Assembly: GCA_963722075.1 (NCBI GenBank)
Contig: CAVRJM010000001.1
Span: 1,280,001-1,344,000 of the forward strand
Origin: Candidatus Babeliales bacterium
GTDB lineage: Bacteria; Babelota; Babeliae; Babelales; JANWKD01
Length of the DNA stretch: 64,000 nt
Reading direction: 5' to 3'
This document shows positions 60,327 through 64,000 of the stretch, in pieces. The translations under genes and the position numbers were made by a program. Numbering within the stretch: the first letter of the stretch is position 1; each line of letters starts with the position of its first letter. The notes under the pieces were generated by a model. It saw nothing but the letters and a program-made list of their open reading frames with translations. It was not told the origin of the DNA and did not search any database.

Positions 60327-61535
60327 TTATTGCTTCAGTTGATTTAATTGTTTGGTAACTTCCGTAGCCATTTTTTTTAATTCAGGATCATAATTAAAAC
60401 GATCGGGATGAAATTGGCTCACCAGTTTTAAATAAGCGGTCTTAATTTCTTCATCGGCAGTGATATAAGAAAGCCCCACCAGAAGATTTGTATTGAGTTT
60501 CTTATTATTTTTTATTTGGGTAAATAAATGATACACCGCCTGTTCAGTTGAATTTTGGTATTTGTTTTCATCAAAATTAGTGAATTGTTGTGCTGATTCA
60601 TACTTAGCATAGTTTGCAGTATTAGATTGATAACTTTTAGATTCTTGGGCACGGTTTTTTTGTTGAGCGGGTATATCTAAAACATTATATAAATCATGAC
60701 ATTTATTGGTGGTAATAGTTTCTTTACAAATAACGGTTTTATATTCTTCGATATATATTAAATCGCCCTTGCGATATGTTACCCTTTTACATGGTTGCAT
60801 AAGAATGGAAAGTATAACTTCGTAAATATGAACATTCTCGTAGTTATATTCTCGAAGAGCAGCATTACGTGCTTCTTTTATTTCTATATAATATTGAACT
60901 AAATCGCCCGGTTCAAAATAGAGCTGTAATTTTTTTAAAGCACCAATATTGAGTTTGCGTACTGCCAATCGTAATGCTTTTTTATTAAGGCGAGCGCCAT
61001 ATTTTAACAAGGTGCTTATAAGAGCCTCTTGCTTTTCGGGAGAAAGATGTTTGCTTAAAAAGACCGCATGGTCGAGCGCGGTTGATCCCATTACTCCCGT
61101 GCGATGATCAAGACAACTATTAAGTAAGTTGGCATCACGCATTTTTTGTACTAATTCTTCAAATGAAAGATTGGCAAAAAAAGAGCACTCTTTACCTTGT
61201 GTTTTAGCTGCAAAGGCGTCCAAAAGTTCATCATGGTATTGTTGTGTTGATTTAAAGTAGGATTTAACGTGTTCCCATATAGTTTGTTGTGGCTTTGAAT
61301 ATGAAAATAATCTGCGTGGCGCAGGATTAGTAAAAGGAGCTTTTTGTTCATTATTATAGCCAGAAAAAGTCCATAAGGTTCCTAAAAAGATTTTAGATCG
61401 ATTATTGAAAGGGTTAGAAGGCCTAAAAATGCTCGAAAGAGAAGCAGTAGATCTTGGCCTGGTAACTTTATTCATTCCCCAGCTATAGGTAGAAATAAAT
61501 AGAAGGAATAAGATAATAAACTTATAAAAAGACAT
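60327..61535 (-). CDS. Exported protein with an ankyrin-like repeat and C-terminal DnaJ (J) domain
   Basis: YSWG|MNKVTRPRS; GSTALDHAV...LLKYGA; EIKTAYLKLVSQFHPDRF (HPD motif). Confidence 0.82.
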   Translation of the reverse strand: MSFYKFIILFLLFISTYSWGMNKVTRPRSTASLSSIFRPSNPFNNRSKIFLGTLWTFSGYNNEQKAPFTNPAPRRLFSYSKPQQTIWEHVKSYFKSTQQYHDELLDAFAAKTQGKECSFFANLSFEELVQKMRDANLLNSCLDHRTGVMGSTALDHAVFLSKHLSPEKQEALISTLLKYGARLNKKALRLAVRKLNIGALKKLQLYFEPGDLVQYYIEIKEARNAALREYNYENVHIYEVILSILMQPCKRVTYRKGDLIYIEEYKTVICKETITTNKCHDLYNVLDIPAQQKNRAQESKSYQSNTANYAKYESAQQFTNFDENKYQNSTEQAVYHLFTQIKNNKKLNTNLLVGLSYITADEEIKTAYLKLVSQFHPDRFNYDPELKKMATEVTKQLNQLKQ

Positions 61536-61571
61536 ATAAACCCCATTTAGTTATTTATTGTGTATAAATAT

Positions 61572-61686
61572 AAAATAAATTAAAATTTGCTATTTGTCAA
61601 ATAATATAGGATTGGTAGAAAATGGGAGATTTTATTTGTTTTTTTGTTAATGCAAATTGGACAGAAGAAAAGGGTTCTTATAGACT
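61572..61686. promoter_or_regulatory. Divergent sigma70-like promoters
   Basis: Minus strand TTGACA (61600-61595)-17bp-TATTTT; plus strand TGGACA (61658)-17bp-TAGACT (61681). Confidence 0.5.
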
Positions 61687-61728
61687 ACAATTTATACAAA
61701 AAATAGGTCGTTTTGATAAAGGATTATA

Positions 61729-62865
61729 ATGAAAAAGCTCTTATGGTGCATAGGGTTATTTGGATTATTGCCAATGGTTTATTCAATGGATGAAGAACAG
61801 CTTCAAGAAACGGTTATTGGCATTTCATATGAAGATCTACCAGTTGAATTACATTTCCATATTGCTAAATGTATCAGTGATGATATTGTTTCGGGGATTG
61901 AAAATTACCAGCAATTTCAAAAAGCACTTGATGCTTATAAAGTATTAGTCAATATTGGTTTAGTATCTCATTATCATGATGAACTGGTTAAAAGCCTTCA
62001 TATTCCTGCCAACTTTCCCCTCAATATTTCTTCTGATAATGCTTTAACAGAAATTGATGAGCAATTAGCTAAAAAATCACGCCAGAAGGAAAATGTGATT
62101 GGCTTAAAAATACATTTGTTGGCGGAAGAATTAAGGCAATTTCCTGATCTTAGCACTATTGATGAAAAAGTATGTTCCGATGATGAAACGCGCGGTTTTA
62201 TTCGAAAAGGGTTGGTTACCTTATTGAGCAGGGAACTATATAAACATCCTCATTTTGATAAGGGTCTGTTCTCGAAAGAAAATATTGAGGTTCTTTCAAC
62301 AAAAAATATATCTCCTGATTTTACTATTCAAGGTAAGCCATTATTGTTTTACTCAATGATGCTAGGCGATTGTGTTATTTGCGCTGATATAAGAAAAAGA
62401 GAGGAAGAACTTGGGTCTAGAAAAATAGATCGAGCAAAACATTATATATTTTATTTTTGTCCTCCTTATCGTGATAGATATCATTGGATTACTGATGTTT
62501 TTGGGGAAGAATACCCTGACTATCATTTTTTAAATACCTACTATGAAAAACAAGATGCGCAATGGGCAGAACGGAGAACAAAAGGGACATATGATATATA
62601 TCAGCAATCTAACATATGTTTATTGAGCCACACAGAAAAAAAGGCTGATCAGCTGTATGATGGGGATGAAAATGAAAAACACAAAAAGAGAATTGGGGAG
62701 AGCTTTTTATTTTTACAGGATTTTATGAAATCTGGTGGTACCGTTAGTAAGGTATATGGATTGACTCTCGAGGATGAATACATCAAAGATGCGATTGATG
62801 CTTTGAAGTTTGCCATAAATAAAGATGGTGTAGAATCTGTACAAGAAGCGGATCCAGCTTCATAA
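61729..62865 (+). CDS. Hypothetical exported protein (Met at +1) with F-box-like motif
   Basis: aagga RBS; MVYS|MDEE; YEDLPVELHFHIAKCI. Confidence 0.75.
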   Translation: MKKLLWCIGLFGLLPMVYSMDEEQLQETVIGISYEDLPVELHFHIAKCISDDIVSGIENYQQFQKALDAYKVLVNIGLVSHYHDELVKSLHIPANFPLNISSDNALTEIDEQLAKKSRQKENVIGLKIHLLAEELRQFPDLSTIDEKVCSDDETRGFIRKGLVTLLSRELYKHPHFDKGLFSKENIEVLSTKNISPDFTIQGKPLLFYSMMLGDCVICADIRKREEELGSRKIDRAKHYIFYFCPPYRDRYHWITDVFGEEYPDYHFLNTYYEKQDAQWAERRTKGTYDIYQQSNICLLSHTEKKADQLYDGDENEKHKKRIGESFLFLQDFMKSGGTVSKVYGLTLEDEYIKDAIDALKFAINKDGVESVQEADPAS

Positions 62866-62913
62866 AGATCATATTTATTAATTTTATTCAAATAAATACC
62901 ATAGATTAACCAT

Positions 62914-63501
62914 CTAAAAAGTAAAACGAGCTAACTCTATATGAAATCCCTGATTTGAGGAAAATAAAATCAATTCATGTTTTCCCAATAAAAAATTATC
63001 CGAATAGTTTTTTATTGTGGAAGTTAGGATGGGCATGCTTTCTTGTTGGAACTTTCTCAAGTCTTTAGAAAAAGTGTTTTGTAATCGTGCTAGTGTAATA
63101 TGTGGTAAAAAAGCATTTGCATTTTCGTTTTGTCCAAATTGCTGAGTAAACAAAGTATATATATGTGATAAAACAGGCGAAGGTTGGGTTATTATTGCGA
63201 TTACTCCATGCTGCCCGACAAACTCTAATTTTATAGGCGAGCGGTAATCATATAATGAATAGGGCCCATATTGATGCATGTGCGTAGTAATACTATGTTG
63301 GCACTGTTCAATCAAGGCAGGAATCTCCATTTCTTGCCGTGGGCCAAAAAAATATATGGTCATATGCAATTGTTTTTGTAAGCGGATTGTAAGATCATAT
63401 TTTGTTAAAAGAGCTATTAGTTGATGTGCCAATACTTGTTGCAACTCTTTAAAAACTTCTTGATCGTTAAATGAAAGAGCAATGAATACATTTTGGGCCA
63501 T
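62914..63501 (-). CDS. 2H phosphoesterase (ThpR/2'-5' RNA ligase family)
   Basis: N-terminal VFIAL; two HxT motifs LHMTI and PHITLAR. Confidence 0.85.
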   Translation of the reverse strand: MAQNVFIALSFNDQEVFKELQQVLAHQLIALLTKYDLTIRLQKQLHMTIYFFGPRQEMEIPALIEQCQHSITTHMHQYGPYSLYDYRSPIKLEFVGQHGVIAIITQPSPVLSHIYTLFTQQFGQNENANAFLPHITLARLQNTFSKDLRKFQQESMPILTSTIKNYSDNFLLGKHELILFSSNQGFHIELARFTF

Positions 63502-63540
63502 ATCGGTTCCGTACGAGGCGCTTAGTGTTCACATTTTAAA

Positions 63541-63741
63541 TTATAATTTAGTGGACCACCAGAGTAATGCTGCGGTGATGATTGCATTAGTGATAATTGC
63601 CACAATATTTAATTGGGAAGTCCATGTTAGAGAAAAAAATTGTATTGGCAGTACATGAAAATAACTGAGCATAATATGGCTTAAAGTATGGAAGGCTTCG
63701 ACTCCAGCAAAAAAGATCACGATTTCTTTTTTTGACCACAT
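63541..63741 (-). CDS. Small two-TM membrane protein
   Basis: aaggag RBS before MWSKKEIVIFFAGVEAFHTLSH; hydrophobic throughout. Confidence 0.65.
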   Translation of the reverse strand: MWSKKEIVIFFAGVEAFHTLSHIMLSYFHVLPIQFFSLTWTSQLNIVAIITNAIITAALLWWSTKL

Positions 63742-63814
63742 AAAAATTCTCCTTTTAGTTTTTGCACTCATTATGCACTAGCATTTTTTATGAAATCAAT
63801 ATTTTTCAACATTT

Positions 63815-63981
63815 GTCATCCTGAGCCGCGTGAGCGGCGTGAGGATCCAGTATAAAAATAAAAAATCAAAATTTTTTTTGAAATTACAAGGAGTGATTTA
63901 GTTACTGGATCCTCACGTCACTTCGTTCCTCAGGATGACATTCGTATGTTTGTCATTCTGAGCGTTAGTGTAAGAATCCAG
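63815..63981. repeat. Three-unit alternating REP-like array (may continue past the window end)
   Basis: 63815-63850 (+, CCT), 63905-63939 (-, CCT), 63952-63981 (+, TCT). Confidence 0.9.
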
Positions 63982-64000
63982 TGATAAATAAAATACCTTA

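Noticed and set aside
1..64000. tRNA, rRNA, tmRNA, prophage or secretion-system genes
   Set aside because: No cloverleaf/T-loop signatures, rRNA-like GC-rich blocks, phage genes or secretion apparatus genes recognised by eye; a covariance-model scan was not possible.

Overview
AT-rich bacterial chromosome segment (roughly one-third GC by eye). The gene content points to an obligate intracellular parasite of protists, most likely Ca. Dependentiae/Babelota (TM6); this is inferred from an NTT/TLC nucleotide translocase, ankyrin/WD40/SET/J-domain/F-box-like proteins with signal peptides, and a YhhQ+TGT salvage pair. Housekeeping genes (rpe, glyA, tsaD, tgt, lepB, alr, mraY, mnmG, lgt-dnaG-rpoD) are mixed with many orphan exported proteins and a detox/resistance-like cluster at 26-38 kb. 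Four signals stand out. (1) Fourteen orphan exported proteins have a Met exactly at the predicted signal-peptidase +1 position, and in 12 of them it is followed by D/E/N. (2) Two adjacent members (57561-61535) expose Arg/Ser-rich, acid-free segments resembling mitochondrial presequences, and one ends in a J-domain. (3) About 31 copies of a covarying GTC...ATCCAG palindromic repeat family occur in 13 intergenic loci, forming composite BIME-like modules. (4) Several genes have long leaders with uORFs or alternative structure (ABC-F, ABC-2, hydrolase, NTT, RRM gene). Single-base frameshifts, including one in the essential rpoD, suggest indel errors in the assembly. No rRNA, tRNA or CRISPR array was recognised. 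All calls are by-eye motif recognition; no searches were run.
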